A DNA stretch of 64,000 bases from the IMG/VR virus record IMGVR_UViG_3300010354_000045, positions 32,001-96,000 of that record; one strand, 5' to 3'. The translations under genes and the position numbers were made by a program. How positions within the stretch are numbered: position 1 is the stretch's first letter; every line of letters starts with the position of its first letter. Positions 27,449-38,100 of the stretch are shown one piece after another. The stretch is from a virus. The notes beneath the pieces are model-generated. The model saw nothing but the letters and a program-made list of their open reading frames with translations. It was not told the DNA's origin and did no database searches.

Positions 27449-29677
27449 ATGTCTTTAATTAATGCAGCTACTAATGCTGTCAGTACTGTTACAAATACAT
27501 TATCAAGTTCAGGCCCTGCAACAGCGTTGTCGGGCATAGCAAATTCATTAACTGGCAAACTAAGTTCTTTAGGATCAATTTTTAAAACTGTTCCTGGTAT
27601 TAAGTTGCCTTTACCGAATCCATTGTTTAATTATGCAACCTATGATTATGTTTTGACCTTAGGTTGTCTAACAGATAAAGAAATTAACAATCCGGATTCG
27701 ACATACCTTGCAGGCAAACCGTTTAAAATTATTTGTAAATCTGCTAATGCTGACCCTAATAATCGAGTTAATACACCCTACGGTAAATTTGATTTTTTCT
27801 TTGATCATTTACAAATGAAAAGTCAAATTGGTCTAGATGCTGCTAGTACAACAAATGTTACTAATTTAGAATTTACTATAAGAGAACCTTATAGTATGGG
27901 AATGTTTATTATTTCATGCCAGACGATAGCGCAACAATTAGGCCATAACAATTTTAGAGAAGCTCCGTTTATTTTGACTATAGAATTTAGAGGTAATAAA
28001 GAAACGGGGCAAATGAATAATATACCTGGAACAAAAAGATTTTTAGCTTTTAATTTTAGTGATATTTCAATGAAAGTCAGTGAAATGGGTAGTATCTATA
28101 AATGTATAGCTATGCCGTTTAATCAAGGTGCGTTAGCTGATGTAACAGCTAATTTTAAAAGCGATGTTAGTATTACAGGAGATACAGTTCGAAGCATACT
28201 TCAAACTGGAGAAAACAGTTTACAAGCAGTTGTTAATAAAAAATTTAAAGAAATGGCACAAACTGCTAGTAATAAAGAAGCTGGTATTGTAACAGTACCA
28301 GACGAAATTGTAATTTTATTTCCTCAAGACATAGCATCTAACTCTACTCCGACAGAATCTAAATCTGAAAATAATTCATCAGCAACTACTACGCCAACAG
28401 AATCAGATGCGGCTACTATTTTTAAAAAATTAGGAGTTAGCAGAAGCACCGTCAATGAAACTTTAGTTCAACAGGCAGGTGATTGTAACGCAATTGGGCA
28501 AGCAGAATTAGGATTTAGCGCTGCTAGAAGAGGCGATTCCCCTTCGGGTAAAGATAATCTTGTCTGGGATCCTGCTAAAAAAGTATATGTTCGATCGGAA
28601 AATCCTATAAATTTAAAAATGTCCGATATGAAATTTGCTCAAGATACTGATATTCCTAATGCTATTAATCAAACTATTCTTTCAAGTAAATTTGTTGTTG
28701 AAACATTAGATGTAAACAATTTAACTAAAGAAGGCATGCGTAATTGGTGGAGAATAGATACGCAAGTTTATAACATAGGCGAAGTACAAAAAGCAACCGG
28801 AGTAAAACCTAAACTGTATGTTTATAGGGTAGTTCCGTATGAAGTACACGCTAGTAGAATGATAGCCCCAAATTTAAAAGCTCCAGGGTTTGATGCTTTA
28901 AAAGCTCAAGCAGTTAAACATTACAACTACTTTTATACCGGTAAAAATGTAGATGTTATAAGTTTTGACATTGATATTAATCAAGGATTTATCAGTACAA
29001 TGAGTGCTGATGGTTTAGAAAAGTCACAAGATGTTAAAACAGCAGCACAATCTAGCGCCGATGCTGATCCAATACCTACTGGAAATCCTGTTGGTCCGGG
29101 AGAGCTTCCTTCTAATGAATTAGGAACTACGCCAACTATTGTAAAATATATCGGAACTAATACAAGTTCTGATAGAAAAGGTGGAGGCGGCAAAGAAACA
29201 CCTGGTCAACGTGCTGCTAGAAATTTCATGGATGCCGTTACAAATTCAAATAATTTATATAATTTAAACATGAAAATAATTGGCGATCCTTATTTTATAG
29301 TTCAAAGCGGCATTGGAAACTATACAGCCAAAGCAACTCAGTACAAGAATTTAAATTTAGACGGTACTGTAAATTATCAAAACGGTGAAGTTGATATTTT
29401 AGTTAATTTTAGAACACCAATTGATATCAATCAAACTTCCGGTATGTATGATTTTGGAAAAAATGCTAAAAGTGCCCCAGTAATGCAATTCAGCGGATTG
29501 TATAATGTTACCGAAGTAACCAGCACATTTAGTAACGGACAGTTTACTCAGGTTCTTACAGGGTTCAGAAGACCAAGTCAAGAAAACAAAACAGAAGCCA
29601 CACCAAATCAAACGTTCAATACAGGTAATCAACGAGTCGACACTACTAACCAATATGGAGATAATTTAAGTGAGTAA
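27449..29677 (+). CDS. Probable baseplate hub protein (gp27/gpD-like)
   Basis: Lies between gp53 and gp5; MKIIGDP and FSGLYNVTEVTSTFSNGQFTQVL motifs. ATG 27449 preferred over TTG 27437. Confidence 0.6.
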   Translation: MSLINAATNAVSTVTNTLSSSGPATALSGIANSLTGKLSSLGSIFKTVPGIKLPLPNPLFNYATYDYVLTLGCLTDKEINNPDSTYLAGKPFKIICKSANADPNNRVNTPYGKFDFFFDHLQMKSQIGLDAASTTNVTNLEFTIREPYSMGMFIISCQTIAQQLGHNNFREAPFILTIEFRGNKETGQMNNIPGTKRFLAFNFSDISMKVSEMGSIYKCIAMPFNQGALADVTANFKSDVSITGDTVRSILQTGENSLQAVVNKKFKEMAQTASNKEAGIVTVPDEIVILFPQDIASNSTPTESKSENNSSATTTPTESDAATIFKKLGVSRSTVNETLVQQAGDCNAIGQAELGFSAARRGDSPSGKDNLVWDPAKKVYVRSENPINLKMSDMKFAQDTDIPNAINQTILSSKFVVETLDVNNLTKEGMRNWWRIDTQVYNIGEVQKATGVKPKLYVYRVVPYEVHASRMIAPNLKAPGFDALKAQAVKHYNYFYTGKNVDVISFDIDINQGFISTMSADGLEKSQDVKTAAQSSADADPIPTGNPVGPGELPSNELGTTPTIVKYIGTNTSSDRKGGGGKETPGQRAARNFMDAVTNSNNLYNLNMKIIGDPYFIVQSGIGNYTAKATQYKNLNLDGTVNYQNGEVDILVNFRTPIDINQTSGMYDFGKNAKSAPVMQFSGLYNVTEVTSTFSNGQFTQVLTGFRRPSQENKTEATPNQTFNTGNQRVDTTNQYGDNLSE

Positions 29678-31181
29678 TACTGATTTATACCATATTTCTA
29701 GCGGCGATCCTGCCCCAAGGCCAGGACCTTATCTAGCAAGAGTAATCAGCCATCTTGATCCTACTTATATGGGAATGTTAGAAGTAGAGTTATTAAGACC
29801 GGGGGGTAACAATCCTAGTTCTGGATCAATACACATGGTAAGTTATATGAGTCCTTTCTACGGAGTTACTAGTATTTCCTATGCTAAAGAAATTAATGAT
29901 TATAATAATACACAAAAGAGTTATGGTATGTGGATGGTTCCTCCGGATCCCGGCACAGTAGTTGTTGTTATTTTTATTGATGGTAATTTTAAGTACGGGT
30001 ATTGGATAGGTTGTGTTCAAGATGAATTTATGAATTTTATGGTCCCGGGACTAGCAGCAACTAGTCAAGTAGTTGATGAAACTGACAGAATGCCTACCGG
30101 AGAATACAATAGAAAAGCTACAGAAGGTCAAACAGTAATTGTTTCAGATCCTGAAAAATTAAAAAAACCTCGACATCCGTTAGCAGATGCGTTAGAAGCA
30201 CAAGGTTTACTTAAAGACGACATTAGAGGAATAACAACATCAAGTGCTAGGAGAGAAACTCCCAGTATGGTGTTTGGTATTAGCACTCCCGGACCTTTAG
30301 ATAAACGTCCAGGCGCTCAAACAGGAACAAAGGGAAAAGTAGACAATTTAATTGTTAATGCACCAGTTAGTCGGTTAGGCGGAACAACTTTTGTAATGGA
30401 TGACGGTGACGACAAATATATTCGTAAGACATCGGCTAGTGACGGCCCTCCAGAGTACGAAGCAGTTGAGCAATTAGGTGAAGGAGAAACTCCAACGGGC
30501 GACGAAACTATTCCTCATAACGAGCTGTTTAGAATAAGGACAAGAACTGGCCATCAAATTTTGTTACATAATAGTGAAGATTTAATTTATATTGGTAATG
30601 CTCGCGGTACTACTTGGATTGAATTAACTAGCGACGGAAAGATTGATATCTACGCAGAAGACAGTATTAGTTTACATACAAAACAAGATTTAAATTTTTA
30701 TGCAGATAGAGATATTAACATTGAAGCAGGTAGAAATTTTAATTTAAAAGTTGCCGAACGCCATCAGACTGAAGTTGGCGCAGATAAAATTTTAATTGTT
30801 GATAATGATAATTTTATTAGAGTAACAGGAGTTAATAATACTACAGCAGGCGGGTTATTTCAGGTAAAAGCTGCCGGAACAAATATAGACGGTGGTGAAA
30901 TACACCTAAATTCTAATAACTTTGCCGGAAATAATTCAGAAGATGTTCCGCCTTTAACAACTTTTGCGAACCCAACAGAAAATTCTGAAACAACTATAGA
31001 AAGTATTATGTTACGTATACCTAGCCATGAACCATGGCCACATCATGAAAATTTAAATCCTATAGATTTTAAACCAGCAATGACTGATAGGGAAATAGGA
31101 TCATCAATTTCTATACCAGATTCGTGGAAAGAGTATACAACAACAACTGACACATTTCAAAAAATTAAAGGAGCGGGATAA
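29670..31181 (+). CDS. gp5: Baseplate central spike (gp5/VgrG-like), no lysozyme domain evident
   Basis: OB-fold DPTYMGMLEV...GMWMVPPDPGTVVVVIF...YWIG; beta-helix repeats after RTRTGHQI; His-rich HEPWPHHE. Confidence 0.75.
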   Translation: MSNTDLYHISSGDPAPRPGPYLARVISHLDPTYMGMLEVELLRPGGNNPSSGSIHMVSYMSPFYGVTSISYAKEINDYNNTQKSYGMWMVPPDPGTVVVVIFIDGNFKYGYWIGCVQDEFMNFMVPGLAATSQVVDETDRMPTGEYNRKATEGQTVIVSDPEKLKKPRHPLADALEAQGLLKDDIRGITTSSARRETPSMVFGISTPGPLDKRPGAQTGTKGKVDNLIVNAPVSRLGGTTFVMDDGDDKYIRKTSASDGPPEYEAVEQLGEGETPTGDETIPHNELFRIRTRTGHQILLHNSEDLIYIGNARGTTWIELTSDGKIDIYAEDSISLHTKQDLNFYADRDINIEAGRNFNLKVAERHQTEVGADKILIVDNDNFIRVTGVNNTTAGGLFQVKAAGTNIDGGEIHLNSNNFAGNNSEDVPPLTTFANPTENSETTIESIMLRIPSHEPWPHHENLNPIDFKPAMTDREIGSSISIPDSWKEYTTTTDTFQKIKGAG

Positions 31182-31627
31182 TGAGTTCTAGTGCTAATCT
31201 ATACAATAAAATTACTTTACCGGCTGCTCCTAATAATCTTAAAGAAATTTCTCCTAAGATGTACAAAGGGTTTAGTTCTGTATCTGTAGATACAGAAAAT
31301 TTTAAGCTATATGATTTAGATTTAATCAAACAAGATTTGATTAATCATTTTTATGTACGTCAGGGCGAGAGATTAATGCAGCCAGAATTTGGAACAATCA
31401 TATGGGATCTATTATTTGAGCCCCTTACTGAACAGGTTAAAGATCTTATTTTACAAAATGTTAACAACATCATTAATTATGATCCTAGAATAAAAGCAGA
31501 AAGAGTTATAGTTACAAGTTACGAAAGCGGCATACAAATTGAATGTTATCTAACGTATAGGCCGTATAATCTTAGTGAAGTGTTAAAGCTACGGTTTGAT
31601 CAAGCAAACGGATTGCTTGCACAATAA
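31181..31627 (+). CDS. gp25: Baseplate wedge/sheath initiator (gp25-like)
   Basis: LIKQDLINHF..RQGERLMQPEFGTIIWDLLFEP, YDPRI. Confidence 0.9.
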   Translation: MSSSANLYNKITLPAAPNNLKEISPKMYKGFSSVSVDTENFKLYDLDLIKQDLINHFYVRQGERLMQPEFGTIIWDLLFEPLTEQVKDLILQNVNNIINYDPRIKAERVIVTSYESGIQIECYLTYRPYNLSEVLKLRFDQANGLLAQ

Positions 31628-31649
31628 ACTACCCAGAAAATTTTATTCA

Positions 31650-31656
31650 ATAAATA
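31650..31656 (+). promoter_or_regulatory. Late promoter ATAAATA
   Basis: Upstream of gp6. Confidence 0.6.
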
Positions 31657-31674
31657 TAAGATATAGGATAAATT

Positions 31675-34600
31675 ATGAGTTCAATCGATAGACAAAATAG
31701 ACTTTTAGTCGCAGAAGATTGGAAAAAAGTATACCAATCATTCCGTAATGCTGACTTTCAAAGCTATGACTTTGAAAATTTGCGTCGTACGATGATCGAT
31801 TATATTCGTCAAAATTATCCAGAAGATTTTAATGATTACATTGAATCTAGTGAGTATCTTGCACTCATTGATCTAATAGCGTTTTTAGGCCAAAGCATAG
31901 CATTCCGTGTTGATTTAAACGCTAGGGAAAACTTTTTAGAACTAGCAGAACGTAGAGAAAGTGTGTTGCGTTTAGCTAGATTAATCAGTTACAATGCAAA
32001 AAGAAATATTGCAGCTAAAGGTTTATTAAAGTTTACTGCTGTTTCAACAACTCAAAATGTAATAGATTCAAACGGTCGCAACCTATCCGGGCAGGTAGTG
32101 TCATGGAACGATCCTAGTAATGTTAATTGGTATGACCAATTTATAAAAATAATAAATGCAGCTATGGATCCAAATCAACAATTTGGAAATCCTAGCGATA
32201 AATCCACCATTTACGGAATACCTTCAGAGCAGTATAGATTTAACTCATCTAATAACAATATTCCTGTGTTTGGATTTACAAAATCAATTGCAGGTCGTTC
32301 AATGAATTTTGAAATTACCAGCACAAGTTTTAAAGGTCAAAATTACATTTACGAAGAATCTCCTAAGATAGGTAATCCTATGGCCTGTGTTTATAGAAAC
32401 GACGGCCGCGGTCCCTCAAGCGCCGGAACTGGTTTTTTTGTTAATTTTACACAAGGTACATTAAATCAGGGAACTTTTACTATTAGCCAGCCTAGCAGTA
32501 ATGAATCAGTAGACATCGATAGTCAAGGCATTAATAATACAGATGTTTGGTTATACAGATTAGATAAAGACGGTAACGAGTCAGAAGAATGGACTAAAGT
32601 TCCTAGTTTTGAAGGCAATAACATTATATACAATAGTTTAAATAAAAATATAAGAAATATTTTTAATGTTGTTACTAGAGTAAACGATGCTATCAGTCTA
32701 TCCTTTAGCGACGGAACTTTTGGTAATTTGCCACTAGGCACTTTTAGAACATATTATAGAGTGTCAAATGGCCTAAGTTATACGATTAATACTCAAGATA
32801 TTAGAAATGTAGCTATATCTATTCCTTATGTTTCTGCACAGGGACAGCCTGAAACATTATCGATTACGCTTTCTTTAGCATCATCTATTTCTAATTCTGA
32901 ACCAGCTGAAACAAACGATAGTATTAAGAGTAACGCACCTCAGACATATTATACTCAGAATAGAATGATAACTGGTGAGGATTACAATATTAGTCCCTTA
33001 TCAAGTAGTCAACAAGTTTTAAAAGTTAAAGCAGTTAATAGAACTAGTTCTGGTATAAGTCGTTATTTTGATTTAATTGACCCAACAGGCAAGTATAGTT
33101 CTACAAATTTATTTGCTGATGACGGTGTCATTTATAAAGAAGTTTATACTGCTACTAATAGATTTTCTTATGTAAGTAAGACTGATATTGAGGGTGTAAT
33201 TTATAACGATGTTTATTCTATATTAAAAAAACAAGAGTTGAAAAATTTTTATTATTCAAATTACATTAGTTATGTTAGTGCAAGTTTAGATACTTATTGG
33301 TTTAATGTTACAACAGATAGTCTATCGTCATCGGGTTATATAGGATCATTAACTGATTCAACAGTCTATAAAGTTGGCGGATTTACCACAACTGAATTAA
33401 AATATTTAACAGTGGGGTCGTTAATAAAATTCTCTGCACCAACAGGTTATTATTTTGACACACTTAATTTAAATAAGCTTGTTTTTGGATCTAGTGCAAA
33501 TATACTCGGAGCAGTGACAAGTTTGTGGGCATCTGTAGTTTCTGTTGAAACCGACGGTACTGCTAACGGTACAGGCAAACTAAGCTCAGGTACAGGCCCA
33601 ATTGTTTTAAATATACCTTTGCCAGGCGGGTCTTCAGCAGCACCTAAAATAGAACAAATTATTCCAAGGTGGAGAACTATTATTGATAATAGTGTTATTA
33701 CTGCAATGATAGATCTAATATTTGCTAATAAACCATTTGGTCTTAGATATGATGCTAAAAATCAAAAATGGTCTATTATCTTTGAATCAAACTTAGATGC
33801 ATATTCTAATTTTAGTTTAGGTAAAGAAGGCGACTCAACTAACCAACAACAAGATTCTAGTTGGTTGTTGTTGTTTACAACTGATAACGAATTCTACACA
33901 GTAACTAGCAGAGAGCAACGATATGTGTTTGAAAGTGACAAGCAAATAAAATTTTATTTTGACAGTGCAAATAAAATTTATGACAGCAGATCAAATCAAG
34001 TAGTAAAAGACTCGATTAATATATTAGGCATTAATACATTAAATCAATCTACACAGAGTTTTACTACAGATTTTAAATGGGAAATTATTAATTCATTTAT
34101 TGGGTTAGATGGATATGTAGATAATAAAAAAATAGTCGTGTCGTTTGCTGATTCTGACAATAATAGCGTAGTTGATGATCCTGAATTGTTTAATAAAATC
34201 GTCGATCCAACTAATAATGCTGTTTTGTTAAAAAACAAATATATTGTTTTAGAAAAATATTTAATTTCATTAGGACAAGAAGATTACAAATATTTTGATA
34301 ACAGTTCTAATCATATCTTAATTAAAGAAAATCAAGCTGCGGTAATAGGTACAGAAAAAATAACTGGAACATATTTTTATTTTATAGATACAAATACTGT
34401 TGTTAGATACGATGCTACAAAAATAAATCCGTATGTTCCTACTTTAGATTATAAAGTTTATCAGGGTAGGGATAAGTTAAAATTTCAGTATATTCATAAT
34501 TCAGATTATGAATCAAGAATTGATCCTAGTATCAGTAACATAATTGATATTTTTGTCTTATCAAAAGGATATGATACACAGTTTAGACAGTGGTTATCGG

Positions 34601-35163
34601 GAAGTCTTACAACAAAACCTCTTCCGCCTAGCACAGATGAACTGTATAACATATTATCTCCAAATTTAAATTTAATAAAATCAGTCAGTGATGAAATAGT
34701 ATATCATCCTGCAAATTATTCTGTTTTATTTGGTAGTCAAGCAGACAGTAACTTACAAGCTACTTTTAAAGTAACAAAAGCAATAGGTCAAGTTATTTCA
34801 GATAATGATATCAAGTCTAAAGTAATTACGGCAATTAATGAATTTTTTGCTTTAGAAAATTGGGATTTTGGTGACACTTTTTATTTTAGTGAACTATCTG
34901 CTTATGTTATGAAAGAGCTATCCCCAAGTATTTCAAATTTTGTTATAGTTCCAAAACAAACAGGTTTAAATTTCGGTAGTCTATTTGAAATAAAAAGTGC
35001 AAGTGATCAATTATTTGTTAACGGAGCAACAGTAGATGACATTGAAATTATATCGGGCATCACATCCAGTAACATCAAATCTGTAAGTAACACAACAATA
35101 ATGTCAAATTCAGAAAGCCAGCAAACAGTAACAAGTTCAACTTATGGAGTAACAAATGGCTGA
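31675..35163 (+). CDS. gp6: Baseplate wedge protein (gp6-like)
   Basis: DFENLR, RENFLELAERRESVLRLARLISY, FSDGTFG.LP, IKSNAP..YYTQNRMITGEDY. Confidence 0.85.
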   Translation: MSSIDRQNRLLVAEDWKKVYQSFRNADFQSYDFENLRRTMIDYIRQNYPEDFNDYIESSEYLALIDLIAFLGQSIAFRVDLNARENFLELAERRESVLRLARLISYNAKRNIAAKGLLKFTAVSTTQNVIDSNGRNLSGQVVSWNDPSNVNWYDQFIKIINAAMDPNQQFGNPSDKSTIYGIPSEQYRFNSSNNNIPVFGFTKSIAGRSMNFEITSTSFKGQNYIYEESPKIGNPMACVYRNDGRGPSSAGTGFFVNFTQGTLNQGTFTISQPSSNESVDIDSQGINNTDVWLYRLDKDGNESEEWTKVPSFEGNNIIYNSLNKNIRNIFNVVTRVNDAISLSFSDGTFGNLPLGTFRTYYRVSNGLSYTINTQDIRNVAISIPYVSAQGQPETLSITLSLASSISNSEPAETNDSIKSNAPQTYYTQNRMITGEDYNISPLSSSQQVLKVKAVNRTSSGISRYFDLIDPTGKYSSTNLFADDGVIYKEVYTATNRFSYVSKTDIEGVIYNDVYSILKKQELKNFYYSNYISYVSASLDTYWFNVTTDSLSSSGYIGSLTDSTVYKVGGFTTTELKYLTVGSLIKFSAPTGYYFDTLNLNKLVFGSSANILGAVTSLWASVVSVETDGTANGTGKLSSGTGPIVLNIPLPGGSSAAPKIEQIIPRWRTIIDNSVITAMIDLIFANKPFGLRYDAKNQKWSIIFESNLDAYSNFSLGKEGDSTNQQQDSSWLLLFTTDNEFYTVTSREQRYVFESDKQIKFYFDSANKIYDSRSNQVVKDSINILGINTLNQSTQSFTTDFKWEIINSFIGLDGYVDNKKIVVSFADSDNNSVVDDPELFNKIVDPTNNAVLLKNKYIVLEKYLISLGQEDYKYFDNSSNHILIKENQAAVIGTEKITGTYFYFIDTNTVVRYDATKINPYVPTLDYKVYQGRDKLKFQYIHNSDYESRIDPSISNIIDIFVLSKGYDTQFRQWLSGSLTTKPLPPSTDELYNILSPNLNLIKSVSDEIVYHPANYSVLFGSQADSNLQATFKVTKAIGQVISDNDIKSKVITAINEFFALENWDFGDTFYFSELSAYVMKELSPSISNFVIVPKQTGLNFGSLFEIKSASDQLFVNGATVDDIEIISGITSSNIKSVSNTTIMSNSESQQTVTSSTYGVTNG

Positions 35164-38100
35164 TAATGTCAATCCATATGAAGGTAAAGTATCAAGTTCA
35201 AATTTCTTACCAAGATTTTATAAAACTGATTCTAATAAAAAGTTTTTAAATGCAACCCTTGACCAATTAATACAACCAGGGCAAGTAAAAAAAATTAATG
35301 GATTTGTCGGTAGACAAAATTCAAAATCAACAGTTAAGTCAGACATTTTCTTAAATGCTCCAACCTCCACTAGACAAAATTATCAATTTGAGCCAGGTGC
35401 AGTCATTAAAGACGATCTAGGCAATACAACATTTTTTAAAGATTACCAAGACTATATTAATCAGTTGTCAGTGTTTGGTGCTAATGTTACTAATCATTCT
35501 AGATTAAATAGCCAAGAATTTTATAGCTGGGATCCACATATTGACTGGGATAAGTTTATTAATTTTCAAAATTATTATTGGCTACCTTACGGACCTGATA
35601 CAATTAAAATTTATGGCAAAGAACAAGAAGTTGCTAGTACATATTCAGTTTACGTAGAATCTCAAGGCGATGCCAATGCTTATATATTTCTTCCAGACGG
35701 TGTGACTAGAAATCCGACAATAAAATTATACAGAGGAAAGACATATACGTTTAGCATTAATAGCCCTGGAAATCCTTTTAGTTTTAAGACTGTAAGAACA
35801 CCGGGAAATCTTGATAGATATGTGACTTCAGGTCTTACAGGCGTTGCAGTTGAATCCGGATTAATTACTTTTAATATTCCAGTTAATTGTCCTGATATTT
35901 TATATTATGTCAGTGAAAATGATGTAGACTTAGGTGGCACAGTACATATTTTATCTGAAAATGAAAATACATATATTGATGTTAACAAAGAAGTACTTGG
36001 CAAAAAAACATACACATTAAAAGACGGAACAAAACTCAGTAACGGTATGAAAGTATCGTTTGGCGGCAACGTATTTCCTGTCAATTATGCCAGTGGTGAA
36101 TATTACGTAGAGGGTGTCGGGGCTGCAATTAAATTAGTTAACGATCAACTTTTAAATTTTGTTAGTTCGTATACGATTACTAAATCAATACCTTTTGAAT
36201 CTGAGCCATATGGCCAAGGTGCGTTTAGTGATACAACTGCTTATGCTGGAGTTCTCGACTATATTGTAATTAATAGAGCTAGTAAAGATCGAAATCCTTG
36301 GTCTAGGCATAACAGATGGGTTCATAAAAACGTAATAGATGCTAGCGCAAAGTTCAATGGAAAAGTTGCTGACATTGATCAATCTTTTAGAGCAGTAAGA
36401 CCTATTATTGAGTTTGAAGCAGATCTTAGACTGTACAATTTTGGTACAGTATCAGCAGGTGAAGTAGATTTGATAGATACTTACACTAAAGATGTTTTTT
36501 CAACAATAGAAGGCACTGCTGGATATAATATAGACGGTGTATCATTAGCGGCTGGACAAAGAATATTGTTTGTAGCCGATACTGACTCTTTCGTAAAAAA
36601 TAAAATTTTTAGAGTCGAGTTCATTGATGTTCAACATTTGTCTAATGGTAGTAGACAAATACATTTAGTATTAGAAGCTGAACCAGAAGTAGATCAGACT
36701 GTTCTAGTTAAACAAGGCACTATTAATCAAAATAAAACATTTTGGTATAATGGCACAGACTGGAAAGAAGGACAACAAAAACTTGCTCCTAATCAGCCAC
36801 CGTTATTTGATGTAGTTGATCAAGATGGTATTAGTTTTGGCAATGCAGAAACATATAATGGAACTAGTTTTACAGGAACAAAATTATTTTCCTATAAAGT
36901 AGGAGCTAGTGGAATAACAGATTCTAAATTAGGATTTAAATTATCTTATAAAAATATTTCTAACTTTGGTGATATAGTTTTTAGTTTTAATTTATTGTCG
37001 GATACTTTTCAATATAAAGAATCAGTTGATGTGTTTACAAAAAGTATTAGCACTGGGTATCTTTCAAAATTAAATGTAACTAACAATATAGTTTATGTTA
37101 ACGGCTGGCAAACTAGCGATGTATCAAGATCGCAAGCTGCCGTAAGAATATTTAAAAATTCGACATTAACAAACAATTTTGATATTGATATTTTTGATGA
37201 TATCAATGATTTAGATGACTTAATTGTAAAAGTCTACATTAACGGCATCAGGCTCGATAGTTCTAAATGGTCTATAGTAAACGGTAATGTTTATAAAAAG
37301 ATAGTTTTAGATCATGATATAGGATCGAATGATGTATTGTCATTAAGGGCATTTGCTAAACAACCAATTAATAATAACGGGTATTATGAAATACCTATTA
37401 ATCTGCAAAATAATCCTTTAAACAGTCAACTTGAAGAATTTACTTTAGGAGAAGTAAGTGACCATGTAAATTCTATCGTAGAAAATCTTAACGATTTTAG
37501 TGGAGTATTCCCAGGAGAAAGTAACATAAGAGATCTTGGAAATATAACTTGTTTTGGCACAAAATTTATTCAGCACAGTGGACCTGCAGGGCTATCTCTT
37601 TATCATATTACATCTCAAGATAATAATGTTATTAGAGCAATAGAAAAATCTAGAGATGATTATAATACATTTAAAAGAAATTTTATTTCTATAGCAAATT
37701 CTTTAGGGTTGGACGCATCACCTGAATTACAAGTAAATGAAATATTACGAATTTTAAACAAAGATAAACCAAAAGAATCACCTTATTATTTTAGTGATAT
37801 GGTTCCGTATACTGGGTGTGTTAAAAAAATATTTACTATTGCAGATCCAAGAATTAAAACATATCCTTTGGTAACTGTATTTGATTTAACTTCTTTATCT
37901 AATAAATCGGTTATTGTTTACTTAAATGATAATCAACTGCTGTACGGAAAAGAATACGATTTTGATAACCAAGGATTTGTTGTTATTAAGGCCAACATGT
38001 CTGTTGATGACAAATTAACAGTTTGTGAATACGAAACAACTGACGGCTCTTTTGTGCCAGAAACTCCTACAAAATTAGGAATTTGGCCAAAGTATGAACC

